Part shown: in pieces, positions 30,764 through 40,569 of the stretch
Position numbering within the stretch: position 1 is the first letter of the stretch
How the letters are laid out: each line of letters starts with the position of its first letter
Virus record (IMG/VR): IMGVR_UViG_3300033068_001957
Coordinates: 64,001-128,000 of that record
Reading direction: 5' to 3' (one strand)
Source: a virus
Taxonomy: Duplodnaviria; Caudoviricetes
DNA: 64,000 nucleotides
The notes under the pieces: model-generated
Databases searched by the model: none
What the model saw: the letters and a program-made list of their open reading frames with translations, nothing else
What the model was told of the DNA's origin: nothing
Made by a program: the position numbers and the translations under genes

Positions 30764-31208
30764 CTTTTTTAACTTCTATCGCTGCTCCAAAGGCTGGCAA
30801 ATTACCATCGGCGAGTTCAAATATTTTGACACCCGCAAAAGCTGGTGTATCTTTCTGTTGAACAAAAGAAAAAACCAACCATTTTACCATAAATTCTGTG
30901 TCTGAACAGCCCAAAAAAGAAACCTTTGCAATAACCTTGGCGAAAGCCCATTTAGAATCTGAGATGACCGATTATATTATCTTTGGAGTCGATAGGAAGA
31001 AAGAGCCGCTAGAACTTATCGAATATTATAATGTTGGTTCGGAAGAAACGCTGGCAAAACTATATAAACTATTTTTGGCGAGGACAGAAAAACATGACTA
31101 ATTCAAATGGCAAGGGCGATAAACCCAGAAGCGGCGCAAATTACTCCGCCTATTGGAATAACTGGCATAAAATGAAAATCGTGGGAAACATCTTCGAAAC
31201 GAAATAAT

Positions 31209-31676
31209 ATGAAACTACTCGGATATCATAACGGCAAACAAGTAGTAGCCTCAATGGCTCGTCATGACTATAACGCTATCGAAGGCGCTATGGCCGATGG
31301 TGGACAACCATCTACACTACAATATGGTGGATATAATCGTTGGAACGGAAAATCTATCTGGTTCCAAGTACCTCAGTCTTTTGCAGAACTCTATAACGAC
31401 TATAGAGACAACGCCGCTAATCGTAAATATGGAATTTGGGATCTTAAAGACGTAAAAATTCTTTCTCCCGAAGAAATTCCAGATACAGAATCTTTTGAAT
31501 GGCGAGCAGAAAATGCAATCTGGGGAACCAAGGGTATCGACGGCACACAGCGAACAAAATACGTCCATTTAAAAGACTGTTCAAAAGAACACCTAGAAAA
31601 GATAGTCGAATTGTGTAAGGCGCGGAATGCAAAAGACGTTCTTCAATACGCCGAATACTGGCTTAATCAAAAATGA
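31209..31676 (+). CDS. hypothetical phage protein
   Basis: RHDY...DGG; WGTKGIDG. Confidence 0.7.
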   Translation: MKLLGYHNGKQVVASMARHDYNAIEGAMADGGQPSTLQYGGYNRWNGKSIWFQVPQSFAELYNDYRDNAANRKYGIWDLKDVKILSPEEIPDTESFEWRAENAIWGTKGIDGTQRTKYVHLKDCSKEHLEKIVELCKARNAKDVLQYAEYWLNQK

Positions 31677-31746
31677 AAACAGACGACGAAATCATTGGCA
31701 CCCAAGATTGGGAACTAGAAGGCTGCGAAGATTAACAAATACACAT

Positions 31747-31893
31747 ATGCTGAACGACCTAAAATCACTCTACACGGAAATCTGCGACAGTTGGTCACAC
31801 ATCATTAATCCAATTTTGCTTAAATATCTGAATTTTGCGGATTCTGTTGAAGAAACGCTATTAGTTGCTCTACTACTTCTTGATGACGATTGA
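31747..31893 (+). CDS. small protein whose stop codon is supplied by the IS right end
   Basis: ends GAT TGA; empty-site reconstruction ends GAA TAA. Confidence 0.55.
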   Translation: MLNDLKSLYTEICDSWSHIINPILLKYLNFADSVEETLLVALLLLDDD

Positions 31894-33237
31894 ACTTTGC
31901 CACGAATAGAGCGCGGCATTCATCTTTTGTCGGGCGTTCTTGATTTTTTCCATCCTAAGACGAAGTTTCCAAGCCTCGCGACTCAGTTTTACTCTTTCGC
32001 TGCCGAATGCCGCGAAGAACGTAGTTCTTCGTTGGTCTTCCATCGACTCCAGAGTCAGTAACCACTAATCCAGCGGCCAAAATGTTTTTCGCAGCGTTAA
32101 CGTCTCTTAAGTGGTCAGCGCCGCAGCCGCCACACGTCCATTGCCTTGTTTCTAGGCCAAAGCTGGCCTTCGCCCCACAACACGAACACGTTTTGCTGCT
32201 CGGAAAGAACCGATCTACAACGTGTAGCTCGCGTCCATACCATTCGCATTTGTATTCTAGCATGGTGCGAAAGTCTCGCCAGCCTTGCTCGCTGATACAG
32301 CGAGAGAGCTTGCGGTTCTTGACCATGTTTGACACCGCCAAGTCTTCCAACGCAATCGCTTGGTTTTCGCGAACGAGTTGGGTTGACAGTTTGTGAAGGA
32401 AATCTTTGCGCACGTCTGCGATGTGCTGGTGAACACGGGCGACTTTCTTGCGAGCGCGTTCGCGGTTTTTAGAACCTTTTACTTTGCGAGAATGTAAGCG
32501 TTGAAGGCGGGCTAGTTTTTTACGCAAGCGGCGAATGCGCTTGGGCTGCGAAAACTTGCGGCCATCGCTCAAAGTCGCAAAATGTTCAATGCCAACGTCG
32601 ATACCGATTTTGTTTGAAGAAGGTGGGAGCTTGGCGACTTCTTCCTCACAAAGGAACGAAGCAAACCATTGGCCAGCAGCGTTTTGCGATACGGTAACGG
32701 AGTTTGGTGCTCCCGAGAGAGGGCGCGACCATTGAACTTTGATAGGCTCGCTCATTTTAGCGAGGAAAAGATTATCTTCTTTCAATCGAAAAGCGTTATC
32801 CATAAACCGTGCAGAACCGCCGTTTTTACGAGCTTTAAACGATGGATAAGCGTTTTTCTTTTTAAAGAAATTATTAAACGCCATATCTAGATTTCTCAAT
32901 GACTGCTGCAAGCAAACGCTCGATACATCATTGAGCCACTGGCGTTCGGGAGAATCCTTAAGATCGGTCAAACCTCGCGACGTTGCGCCATAAGTGACGC
33001 TTTTCTTATTCGTAACCCAAGCTTCGCGTTTTTGTGCGAGCGCCCAATTATATACAAATCTGCACGATCCTATCGTTTTACGCAAGATTTCCTCTTGACA
33101 AATTGTTGGATAGATGCGATACTTGTATGCGCGGTGCGTCATTCACTAATAGTTACACTTAACTTTACAAACTTTCCTAAAACAATGCGAAAATTCATCC
33201 CCTTCCTAAAGAAAGGGGTCTTCTTTTCGTCAATTTT
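31890..33237 (-). mobile_element. complete non-autonomous IS200/IS605 (IS1341-type, tnpB-only) element, TAM TTAT
   Basis: LE: TTAT|N15-AAGA-CCCCTTTCTTTAGGAAGGGG; RE: GAAT-GCCGCG..CGTGGC-AAAGT-TCAA. Confidence 0.9.
31955..33142 (-). CDS. tnpB: RNA-guided endonuclease TnpB
   Basis: RuvC GIDVG / LEDL / RDVNAAKN intact; close paralogue of 8742-9908. Confidence 0.95.
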   Translation of the reverse strand: MTHRAYKYRIYPTICQEEILRKTIGSCRFVYNWALAQKREAWVTNKKSVTYGATSRGLTDLKDSPERQWLNDVSSVCLQQSLRNLDMAFNNFFKKKNAYPSFKARKNGGSARFMDNAFRLKEDNLFLAKMSEPIKVQWSRPLSGAPNSVTVSQNAAGQWFASFLCEEEVAKLPPSSNKIGIDVGIEHFATLSDGRKFSQPKRIRRLRKKLARLQRLHSRKVKGSKNRERARKKVARVHQHIADVRKDFLHKLSTQLVRENQAIALEDLAVSNMVKNRKLSRCISEQGWRDFRTMLEYKCEWYGRELHVVDRFFPSSKTCSCCGAKASFGLETRQWTCGGCGADHLRDVNAAKNILAAGLVVTDSGVDGRPTKNYVLRGIRQRKSKTESRGLETSS

Positions 33238-33311
33238 ATAAAATTTCAGCAAAAGACTGGCAAAACCGCTTGCAAGCCAAAGGATACGATGTTATTGTCA
33301 CTGACAAACTT

Positions 33312-33689
33312 ATGAATAAAAACACAAAAACACCAACAAACACCGAAGCCCTTATTAAACTGAAAAACAAGGGTTATCATTGTCGCATCCAGCACCTTCG
33401 CAAGGTCAAAGCCCTTGACATTGGAGAAGATGGGTTGTATTGCTATAAGGTTGATCCTGTATTGCATAATGATTCATATGTTCGCAAGGTCAATAAGGAC
33501 GTATCAGAAGACGAAATTCCATATTTCAAGTATCTGCCAGAGGGCGGGGCCACAATTTTAACTTTGGAGAACGGCGAAGAAAAAATCACTGTTCAGGCTA
33601 CATGCTACGCGAAAGACCATTTCTCAAGACGAGTAGGAGTCGCTACTGCATTAGCGAAACTTAAGAAGCTTTATAACATTGGTGAATAA
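33312..33689 (+). CDS. hypothetical phage protein
   Basis: GGAT...A.C...D.FSRR.G motif. Confidence 0.65.
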   Translation: MNKNTKTPTNTEALIKLKNKGYHCRIQHLRKVKALDIGEDGLYCYKVDPVLHNDSYVRKVNKDVSEDEIPYFKYLPEGGATILTLENGEEKITVQATCYAKDHFSRRVGVATALAKLKKLYNIGE

Positions 33690-33699
33690 TTATTAAAAT

Positions 33700-34164
33700 A
33701 TGAAAACAGCAAAACAATTGGGCCTCACCAAAACCCAACACAAGAATCTCGCGAAACTCACAATTTTTGTGCGTGATTCAATCCCGCCGCCAAAGTTTAA
33801 TATTCGCTCTTTCCATAGCGAAGAAAATGAATATCCCGCAGATGCAACCTATAACGAATGCTCGACTAGTGCTTGTTTTTGCGGCTACGGCCCCCTTGCT
33901 GGCATTAAACCCAGAAAAGCAGAAGATTGGAACGATTATGCAGGCAGGGTATTCGGAGCAAAATTAGAATGTTTTGAAGATCATGCGATTTTCGAACTTC
34001 TTTTCGATGGCACTCATAAAAACAGCAAAGTCGCAGCCATTAAGCGTGGCGCGTATTTCCTTATGAATGGATTGCCAAAGACAAACCTTTATCTTGGTCA
34101 TTGGGAAGCGCCTCGATCTTTCAGCCCAAATTGGCCCGAAATTGAGAAAATTGCGAATTCCTAG
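33700..34164 (+). CDS. hypothetical protein
   Basis: 154-aa ORF. Confidence 0.65.
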   Translation: MKTAKQLGLTKTQHKNLAKLTIFVRDSIPPPKFNIRSFHSEENEYPADATYNECSTSACFCGYGPLAGIKPRKAEDWNDYAGRVFGAKLECFEDHAIFELLFDGTHKNSKVAAIKRGAYFLMNGLPKTNLYLGHWEAPRSFSPNWPEIEKIANS

Positions 34165-34198
34165 TTGACTTGCGGCCAAAATAACCTACAATATCAAC

Positions 34199-34579
34199 AT
34201 GTCCTTAAACACTCCATCCCCCGCTGGCCGCAAACTGCCTAACAAAATCTATAGCTATGTAGGCAACAGTCAGCCAGAATTGCGCGGTCTTCTTTTCCAT
34301 AGAATCGCCGAATTTGATTCTGGCAAAGACGGCAAACAGAGCAAAAACAAATGGCCAGACTCTACCGACGAGTGGAAGTATGGATTCGGCCAAGACACAG
34401 TATTCCTTATGACCATCCCCCAAGATCATTTGCAGCCGCCACCGCTGAGAAAGATGTTTTGTTCGGTAATTGAAACGCCCGAAGATTATACTGTCGGGAA
34501 CGAAGGTGTAGGTGGGTTTCTATATTGCGCGTCTCAAGAGGATTTCGAGAGGGATTTTAAACAGAAAGGGGCGCAATGA
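34199..34579 (+). CDS. hypothetical protein
   Basis: own leaderless promoter. Confidence 0.7.
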   Translation: MSLNTPSPAGRKLPNKIYSYVGNSQPELRGLLFHRIAEFDSGKDGKQSKNKWPDSTDEWKYGFGQDTVFLMTIPQDHLQPPPLRKMFCSVIETPEDYTVGNEGVGGFLYCASQEDFERDFKQKGAQ

Positions 34580-34696
34580 ATTGGACAACCATTGGAGTAG
34601 CCAGTATAATGATTGGGCTAGTTTGGATTCATCCGAGTTTAGGATTAATTGCCTTTGGACTTCTCTGTTTTATTTGGGCGCAAAAAGAATAAAAAT

Positions 34697-34930
34697 ATGC
34701 AAGTAATTTATAAATCTGACCCTCGTTTGATTTTCGAGGTTGAATATCATCCCGAGGAACCAGCCACGGGCGAATACAAATATAGCCTTGGGGAGCCAAA
34801 AATTCCAGCCTATAATGAAATTACCGCCGTGGCATGGTCAGATGGTTACGGAGTCACTGACATCACAGAATTTGTCAAAGACCACTGCGAGAAACTATTC
34901 ACCGAATGGGAGGAAGCATTGAATGACTAA
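34697..34930 (+). CDS. hypothetical protein
   Basis: packed ORF. Confidence 0.6.
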   Translation: MQVIYKSDPRLIFEVEYHPEEPATGEYKYSLGEPKIPAYNEITAVAWSDGYGVTDITEFVKDHCEKLFTEWEEALND

Positions 34931-35483
34931 ATTACAAGGCAAAACAGGCAAAGAAAAATACGGAATCAAGTTGACCGCCACGATCAACAATTCGCCGCTT
35001 CCCGTTCTGGTTGAATATCCAGATGGGCGCGAAAATCCTATTATTAAGGCATATTTTGTGACTGGACGAACGGCAGCGATTAAGATTTTGATTAATGAGT
35101 CGCTAGAAGACGAGATTAAAAAGGGGAAAATCGGCGATTTAGAAGATGAAATTGCTACTTTAAACTCGGATATCGAAGACCTCAGAGGATACAAAGACGA
35201 ACTAGAAGAATGGACAGACGCTTTTGATGGTGACGCCGAAACCACAAAGAATCTTTGGGATGCCATTGAAGACTCCATTAGTCAATTTGCCGATGTGGCA
35301 GGCATGAGTCTGGTTGCGAATGATGCAGATAATATTGATAGACTTTGTAAAAGCTTCGAATTACGACTCGCTGAATTAAAGGATGCCGACGAAATTATCG
35401 ACGAATTAAAACTAGAAAATCTCGCCGCCAAAAGAAAAATCGCCGAATTGGAAGAAATAGCTTGCGGATTGGGCGGAAAGTAA
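34923..35483 (+). CDS. acidic coiled-coil protein
   Basis: heptad, D/E-rich C-terminal half. Confidence 0.65.
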   Translation: MTKLQGKTGKEKYGIKLTATINNSPLPVLVEYPDGRENPIIKAYFVTGRTAAIKILINESLEDEIKKGKIGDLEDEIATLNSDIEDLRGYKDELEEWTDAFDGDAETTKNLWDAIEDSISQFADVAGMSLVANDADNIDRLCKSFELRLAELKDADEIIDELKLENLAAKRKIAELEEIACGLGGK

Positions 35484-35731
35484 GTCATTAACATATGAAT
35501 CTCACAGAAAAATTCTCCTATCTCCTGCCCGCATTTCCGCCGCAGGATTTTGATACAGAAACTTTTATTACTCAAGCAATTGAATCAGAATTTAAAACAC
35601 TAAAAAGTGTGCGCGAAATTCTAAAAGACTATTTGCACGAAATTCCAAGAGATGTTAAGTTGCTGCCTGAGCGAATCAAATATTTGCTTGACAATTAAAG
35701 ATTTCAGAGTAAACTAAAAACCTCAACAAAA

Positions 35732-35803
35732 TCTCTCGTAATTCAACAGTAGAATGCCACTCTTTTAAAGTGGAGGTTGAAGGTGCAACTCCTTCCGAGA
35801 GAA
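35732..35803 (+). tRNA. tRNA-Lys(UUU)
   Basis: TCTCTCG/CGAGAGA acceptor, CCACT-CTTTTAA-AGTGG anticodon arm, GAAGG-TGCAACT-CCTTC T arm. Confidence 0.88.
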
Positions 35804-35818
35804 CTAATTTACAACATT

Positions 35819-37798
35819 ATGTTTAAAGACATCAGAACCCAAATGCAAGCCAAGTTCAACGAAATCGTTGCAACTGGAAAACTTTTCACTGTGAATGCTA
35901 ACCGCGATGAAGTCTGGCAAACTTATCTAAACGCTTTCTCAGAAGATAAGAAGCAAGAAAATACCTGCAATTGCTGCAAATCGTTCATTCGCCAATATGG
36001 GTCTATCGTAGGAATTAATAGCAAGAATGAGAAAATAACACTTTGGGACTTCATAACGACGGACGAAGAATACGCCGAACCGATCAAAGCTCTTAGCAAG
36101 TATATCAAGAGTCTGCCGATTACTGGAATCTTTTTCGCCGAACAAAAGAAATGCGGCGTGGAAAAAAATCCAGATAGCGTGCGGGGAATTATTTGGGATC
36201 ATTATAACATTGAAATGCCCCCGACTTTCGTAAAGAAAGATTTTGGCCCGTTGCAAGCTACCGCTTTGGATAGCAAAAACGTATTAAAGCGTTCATTCGA
36301 AGAAATTACAGATGATGCAGTAGATACTGTTCTTGAACTTATCGCCCAAGGTTCCCTTTATCGCGGCGAAGAACACAAGAAAACCGTTTCAGATTTTCGC
36401 GCCCTAAAAGAAAAATATAAGAAACTTAAAAATACTCAACACAAGGATAATTTCTGCTGGATTGAATCGGCGAAAGTCGGAGGAAATGTTTCGCACATTC
36501 GGAATACTTCTATCGGAACGTTACTTAATGATTTGAGCGACGGGAAAGAACTTGATAAGGCCGTAAGCTCTTTTGAAAAAGTAGTTGCTCCTACGAACTA
36601 CAAGCGTCCTACGGCGCTCGTAACCCCGCGAATGATTGAAGATGCTCAAAAGACTTTGGATGAGCTAGGATTGACTAGCGCTCTCTATCGCCGCATGCTC
36701 TCGACTAACGATTTAAACGTTAATAATAGCTTGTTTGTTTATCGTCCGAAGAAAGTTGAAACGAATATCTTTGATGAATTGAAGAATGCCGCGCCAGTAA
36801 ATCCGAAATCTTTCGCTAAGGTAGAAGAGGTTTCGATTAGCGATTTTGTGGAAAAGATTCTACCTACTTGTAAGTTGGTAAAAGTCTTAGTTGAAAACAC
36901 CCATTTGGGAAATTTTGTTTCTCTTGTTGGGCCGAAAAATCTCGAAGACACTGAAACACTCTTTAAATGGGGCAATAATTTCTCTTGGAGCTATTCTGGG
37001 AATGTTGCTGACAGTATCAAAGAGCGCGTTAAAGCTGCTGGTGGAAATGTCGATGGGGTAATGAGAATTAGTCTCAGTTGGGATAATACTGACGATCTTG
37101 ATTTGCACCTTCAAGGGCCAAATCGCGAGCATGTTTATTATTCATCTAGACATGGCGCTAGTGGAGCTACTCTGGATGTTGATGCAAATGGTCTTGACGG
37201 CATCCGAGAAGACCCTGTTGAAAACATTTACTGGAAATCCCTACCAAAGGATGGAAATTATAAAGTCGTCGTTAACAACTACAATAAACGCGGCGCATCC
37301 AATCAAGGGTACACTCTCGAAATCGAATATGATGGTCAAACTTGCCATTGGTCATCCGAAACAAATAATGCTCCAAATAAAGAAATCGTTTCTTTTGATT
37401 TTTCTAAAAAGACTGGAATTAAATTCTCTACGCCTGTTAGAGCAAGCATTGGAAAATACAATTCAAAAGATAAATGGGGAATTTCTACTGGCGTATTTCA
37501 TAATGTAAAGGCGGTCACTCTTAGCCCTAATTTCTGGAATTCAGCGGTTGGAAACAAGCATTTCTTCTTTATGTTGGATGAATGTAAGTCCGATGAAAAG
37601 ACTCGCGGCATTTATAATGAATTCTTGGACGAAAAATTCTCAAAACATCGCAAGGTTTTTGAAATTTTGGGTAGCAAGGTAGCCGTAGAACCAGTTGTCG
37701 ATGAACTTTCTGGACTCGGCTTCTCAGATACCATTCGCACCGAATTAGTCGCCGAAATTGAAGGAAAATTTAAAAGAACCATCAAAATTAAGTTCTAA
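35819..37798 (+). CDS. large hypothetical phage protein with YfaP/DUF2135-like domain
   Basis: CNCCKSFI; LSWDNTDDLDLH...LDVDAN...PVENIYW; start moved behind tRNA. Confidence 0.7.
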   Translation: MFKDIRTQMQAKFNEIVATGKLFTVNANRDEVWQTYLNAFSEDKKQENTCNCCKSFIRQYGSIVGINSKNEKITLWDFITTDEEYAEPIKALSKYIKSLPITGIFFAEQKKCGVEKNPDSVRGIIWDHYNIEMPPTFVKKDFGPLQATALDSKNVLKRSFEEITDDAVDTVLELIAQGSLYRGEEHKKTVSDFRALKEKYKKLKNTQHKDNFCWIESAKVGGNVSHIRNTSIGTLLNDLSDGKELDKAVSSFEKVVAPTNYKRPTALVTPRMIEDAQKTLDELGLTSALYRRMLSTNDLNVNNSLFVYRPKKVETNIFDELKNAAPVNPKSFAKVEEVSISDFVEKILPTCKLVKVLVENTHLGNFVSLVGPKNLEDTETLFKWGNNFSWSYSGNVADSIKERVKAAGGNVDGVMRISLSWDNTDDLDLHLQGPNREHVYYSSRHGASGATLDVDANGLDGIREDPVENIYWKSLPKDGNYKVVVNNYNKRGASNQGYTLEIEYDGQTCHWSSETNNAPNKEIVSFDFSKKTGIKFSTPVRASIGKYNSKDKWGISTGVFHNVKAVTLSPNFWNSAVGNKHFFFMLDECKSDEKTRGIYNEFLDEKFSKHRKVFEILGSKVAVEPVVDELSGLGFSDTIRTELVAEIEGKFKRTIKIKF

Positions 37799-37843
37799 AA
37801 ACCTATTGACAAACACCTAATTCTTAACTAAAATAACAAACAT

Positions 37844-38236
37844 ATGAGCACTACACCAAACGACCTCTTCATTGAGGCATCTCGCCGCAAACTCCGCTTT
37901 AACTCCAACAAAGGATCGCTCAACGTAGATGATCTTTGGGACGTTCCCCTTGAATTCCTCGATAATCTAGCCGTAGCTCTCGAAGAACAGATTCAGAAGG
38001 CGGGCAAAAAATCATTCCTTGCCAAGAGAAGCGCATCGACTCTTCAGCTTGACATCTCTTTCGAGATTGCGAAATACGTCCTCGAAACCCGCGTGGCAGA
38101 AGATGAAGCTCGCAAGGATAAGGCCAGCAAGGAAGCCAAGCGATCACAACTCAAGGCACTTCTCGAAGAAAAGCAAATGGAGAAAATCAAGGGGCAATCG
38201 GTTGAAGAAATCGAAGCTCAACTTGCTTCTCTGTAA
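37844..38236 (+). CDS. coiled-coil phage protein
   Basis: F..ASRRKLRF...G.L.VDDLWD. Confidence 0.7.
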   Translation: MSTTPNDLFIEASRRKLRFNSNKGSLNVDDLWDVPLEFLDNLAVALEEQIQKAGKKSFLAKRSASTLQLDISFEIAKYVLETRVAEDEARKDKASKEAKRSQLKALLEEKQMEKIKGQSVEEIEAQLASL

Positions 38237-38247
38237 GATTTTTAAAT

Positions 38248-38324
38248 TACGCTTTGTCCGAGTAGTTAGGAGCCTGTCGCTTAAACGGGTCTAGCCTAGA
38301 TGCAAATTCTAGGAGGCGTAACCA
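38248..38324 (+). tRNA. atypical tRNA (apparent anticodon CUU, G33), possibly pseudo-tRNA
   Basis: TACGCTT/AGGCGTA-A-CCA; anticodon loop CGCTTAA; extra base between T stem and acceptor. Confidence 0.55.
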
Positions 38325-38327
38325 AAT

Positions 38328-38397
38328 CAGCCGTTAGTTTAAAGTAGAACGCATCCATTTGGCGGATGAAATCCTTTTGCGAGTATTGGGCGGCTGA
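38328..38397 (+). tRNA. degenerate tRNA (loop reads UUG/Gln; C1-G72/A73 are Pro-like)
   Basis: CAGCCGT/GCGGCTG-A; CATCC-ATTTGGC-GGATG; T stem has two mismatches. Confidence 0.55.
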
Positions 38398-38404
38398 CTA
38401 ATTT

Positions 38405-38434
38405 AAGAGCGGCGATTAATTTCGCCGCTCTTTT
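38405..38434 (+). terminator. intrinsic terminator
   Basis: AAGAGCGGCGA-N6-TCGCCGCTCTT-TT. Confidence 0.8.
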
Positions 38435-38469
38435 CTTGACTAGAAAGAAAATTAAGCTATAATATCGCC

Positions 38470-38850
38470 ATGTACTTCCGAATCTATAACAAGCTGGAAT
38501 CCAAATACGAAGATTCCTCCAAAACCATTGCTCACAATGGGGAAATCGTTGGTTTGAAAAATAAAATCATTGGTGGCTGGACGGTTACATTTTCGCCTGC
38601 TGAAAACTTTATTGTCGAACCATGGACAGGCTATTTCGACAAAAATGGCAAAAAAATCTACAACGGCGATATTCTCGAACAGTACAGCATATTTGATTTC
38701 AAGAGTAAAGTAGTATGGAAAAACGGCGGATTCATGATGGTTCCTATTGATCCAGAAGGGATTGAGAATACCATGGGCTATTCGGGCATCCTAAAAGGTT
38801 GGACAATCACAGGAAATATCCACGAAGTTGAGTATTCTGAGGGAAAATAG
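38470..38850 (+). CDS. YopX family protein
   Basis: FRIYNK...TGYFDKNGKKIYNGDIL...ITGNIHE. Confidence 0.85.
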   Translation: MYFRIYNKLESKYEDSSKTIAHNGEIVGLKNKIIGGWTVTFSPAENFIVEPWTGYFDKNGKKIYNGDILEQYSIFDFKSKVVWKNGGFMMVPIDPEGIENTMGYSGILKGWTITGNIHEVEYSEGK

Positions 38851-38893
38851 AGAATATTGCGTGTAATATAGGATATAACAATCCTTTAAATAT

Positions 38894-39079
38894 ATGCAGT
38901 TTCTCATTGATCATTCTTCCGACATTCTTACCGCCCTAGCTTCCGTAGTCGCATCGGCTGCCGCTATCGCGACAATTTTCGGCAAATCCGATAATAAATA
39001 TATCGAAGGAGCCAGAAAATTTGTTAACTTTTTAGCCCTGAATTTTGGCAAGGCAGAAAATAAAGATGCTCCAAAATAA
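38894..39079 (+). CDS. putative holin-like membrane protein
   Basis: hydrophobic helix plus KFVNFLALNFGKAEN tail; own GTGTAA motif and terminator. Confidence 0.5.
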   Translation: MQFLIDHSSDILTALASVVASAAAIATIFGKSDNKYIEGARKFVNFLALNFGKAENKDAPK

Positions 39080-39105
39080 TCTTCACTCTCAACAATTAAC
39101 CCACG

Positions 39106-39131
39106 AAATCCGCCCATTGGGCGGATTTTTT
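39106..39131 (+). terminator. intrinsic terminator
   Basis: AAATCCGCCC-ATT-GGGCGGATTT-TTT. Confidence 0.8.
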
Positions 39132-39167
39132 GTTGACTTGTTTATGATTTTGGGCTAGAATATACAC

Positions 39168-39485
39168 ATGAAACCGCTAGACCAATTCACCCGTGATGAA
39201 AAATCGCAACTTCTCTATCTCGAAACTCGCCTTGTAGATTATTCTGGCAGAGTAGATACTAGGAAGATGAACAAAACTGATCACGACACCATGGAAAACT
39301 GGAAGAAGGAGGGGTTTGTTTCTTATGGTCGTATTTGTCATGCTGATGTCACTGATGGTGGAACCATGTGGTGCCAATTTTCAGATGAAGCGTGGCAATA
39401 TGCCCATCAAGCGAGAAAAAATCGAGCCACAGCCTCATGGAATAATCGGACATGGCAAACCACCGAAGAATATCGCAACTCTTAA
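39168..39485 (+). CDS. hypothetical protein
   Basis: leaderless promoter TTGACT-N17-TAGAAT. Confidence 0.7.
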   Translation: MKPLDQFTRDEKSQLLYLETRLVDYSGRVDTRKMNKTDHDTMENWKKEGFVSYGRICHADVTDGGTMWCQFSDEAWQYAHQARKNRATASWNNRTWQTTEEYRNS

Positions 39486-39489
39486 CAAC

Positions 39490-39690
39490 ATGGAAACATT
39501 TAACAACGCACACTGGTTTATTTTCGCCACTTCTATTTTTATTAGTTTCTGGATTGGAGTAATTCTAACAAATATAGAATATAAAGCGCCCGAATCTGGA
39601 TTTCAAATTATAATTGGGTTTATTGGGAATGCGGTGCTTATCATTGCTATGTTCTACAATCTCTTTCGAATCGTTCAGCCGCTTCTTTAA
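39490..39690 (+). CDS. two-TM membrane protein
   Basis: two hydrophobic segments. Confidence 0.6.
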   Translation: METFNNAHWFIFATSIFISFWIGVILTNIEYKAPESGFQIIIGFIGNAVLIIAMFYNLFRIVQPLL

Positions 39691-39691
39691 T

Positions 39692-39934
39692 ATGTTTAAA
39701 AAATTCTTGCTCCTATTCCCCCATTTTCAGCGACTCGAAAAATACCGCGCTGAACAAAAAGAAGAGGACCGCTTGAGGCGAGAAGAACTTATTAAACTTC
39801 TTGAAAAAGAAAAATACTGGAACGATCTATATGAAAAACAAGACGCTGAAAACCGCCGCCTTGAAGATATTCGCGAATCTTTGCTCGAAAACCAAAAATT
39901 CTTAAGATTGAGAATATCGCGCCAAACGTTTTAA
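39692..39934 (+). CDS. hypothetical coiled-coil protein
   Basis: packed ORF. Confidence 0.55.
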   Translation: MFKKFLLLFPHFQRLEKYRAEQKEEDRLRREELIKLLEKEKYWNDLYEKQDAENRRLEDIRESLLENQKFLRLRISRQTF

Positions 39935-40569
39935 CGGAGATATTTGTCAAATGCCATCCTAAGTTTCGGCGGAATCTGTTTGTAGGATTTCTGTAAACTG
40001 TCTGGCGCGTGTTTGGCGATCTTTCGAATGCAGCAAGAAACAACGGGCCATTTTCCCGTCTCCCCCATATATAAATAAGAATAAAGATAAGCCGACGACT
40101 GCCTTTGATACTCGGCCAAATCAATATACTTGGTCCAGCGGCGTTTAATTTCGCGAACTGTTTTGCGTTCGCAATCTAATTCGATGGCCAAAGCGGCGGC
40201 GATAGCAGCATGTTTTTTATAAATTCTTTGACCCGACAAATAAGAAAAAAACCTACTATGCCCATGACGGATTCTACCTTTGTACCAGATTGATTTAGGA
40301 TTGAGCCATTGACCCTTGAAGTGGGAAACTTCATGCAGAAGCGTTTGAAAACAAGATGTTAAAGATGAACCAATAGATACGGCCAAAATTTTTCTGCAAT
40401 CATCAAAATAGCCACCTGATCTACCACCACACGAATTAACCTGTTTCCCAGCGCCAACGAAAAATGTTACTCCATGTTGTTTGCATTTTTCATCCACTTC
40501 TAAAAAATAATTTCTTATTTCTTCGGGGAATTTCTTTAGAATTTTTCTTGCCTTTGATGATATTTTCAT
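39931..40569 (-). CDS. putative zinc metallopeptidase-like protein
   Basis: GGYF...TLLHEVSH...ELDCE. Confidence 0.6.
   Translation of the reverse strand: MKISSKARKILKKFPEEIRNYFLEVDEKCKQHGVTFFVGAGKQVNSCGGRSGGYFDDCRKILAVSIGSSLTSCFQTLLHEVSHFKGQWLNPKSIWYKGRIRHGHSRFFSYLSGQRIYKKHAAIAAALAIELDCERKTVREIKRRWTKYIDLAEYQRQSSAYLYSYLYMGETGKWPVVSCCIRKIAKHAPDSLQKSYKQIPPKLRMAFDKYLR

Noticed and set aside
31940-31943. Internal TCAA as right end of the second TnpB element
   Set aside because: Lacks the GAAT guide and good hairpin; the end at 31890 has both and gives a clean empty site
35777-35818. TTG start of the 673-aa ORF
   Set aside because: Overlaps tRNA-Lys; ATG 35819 preferred
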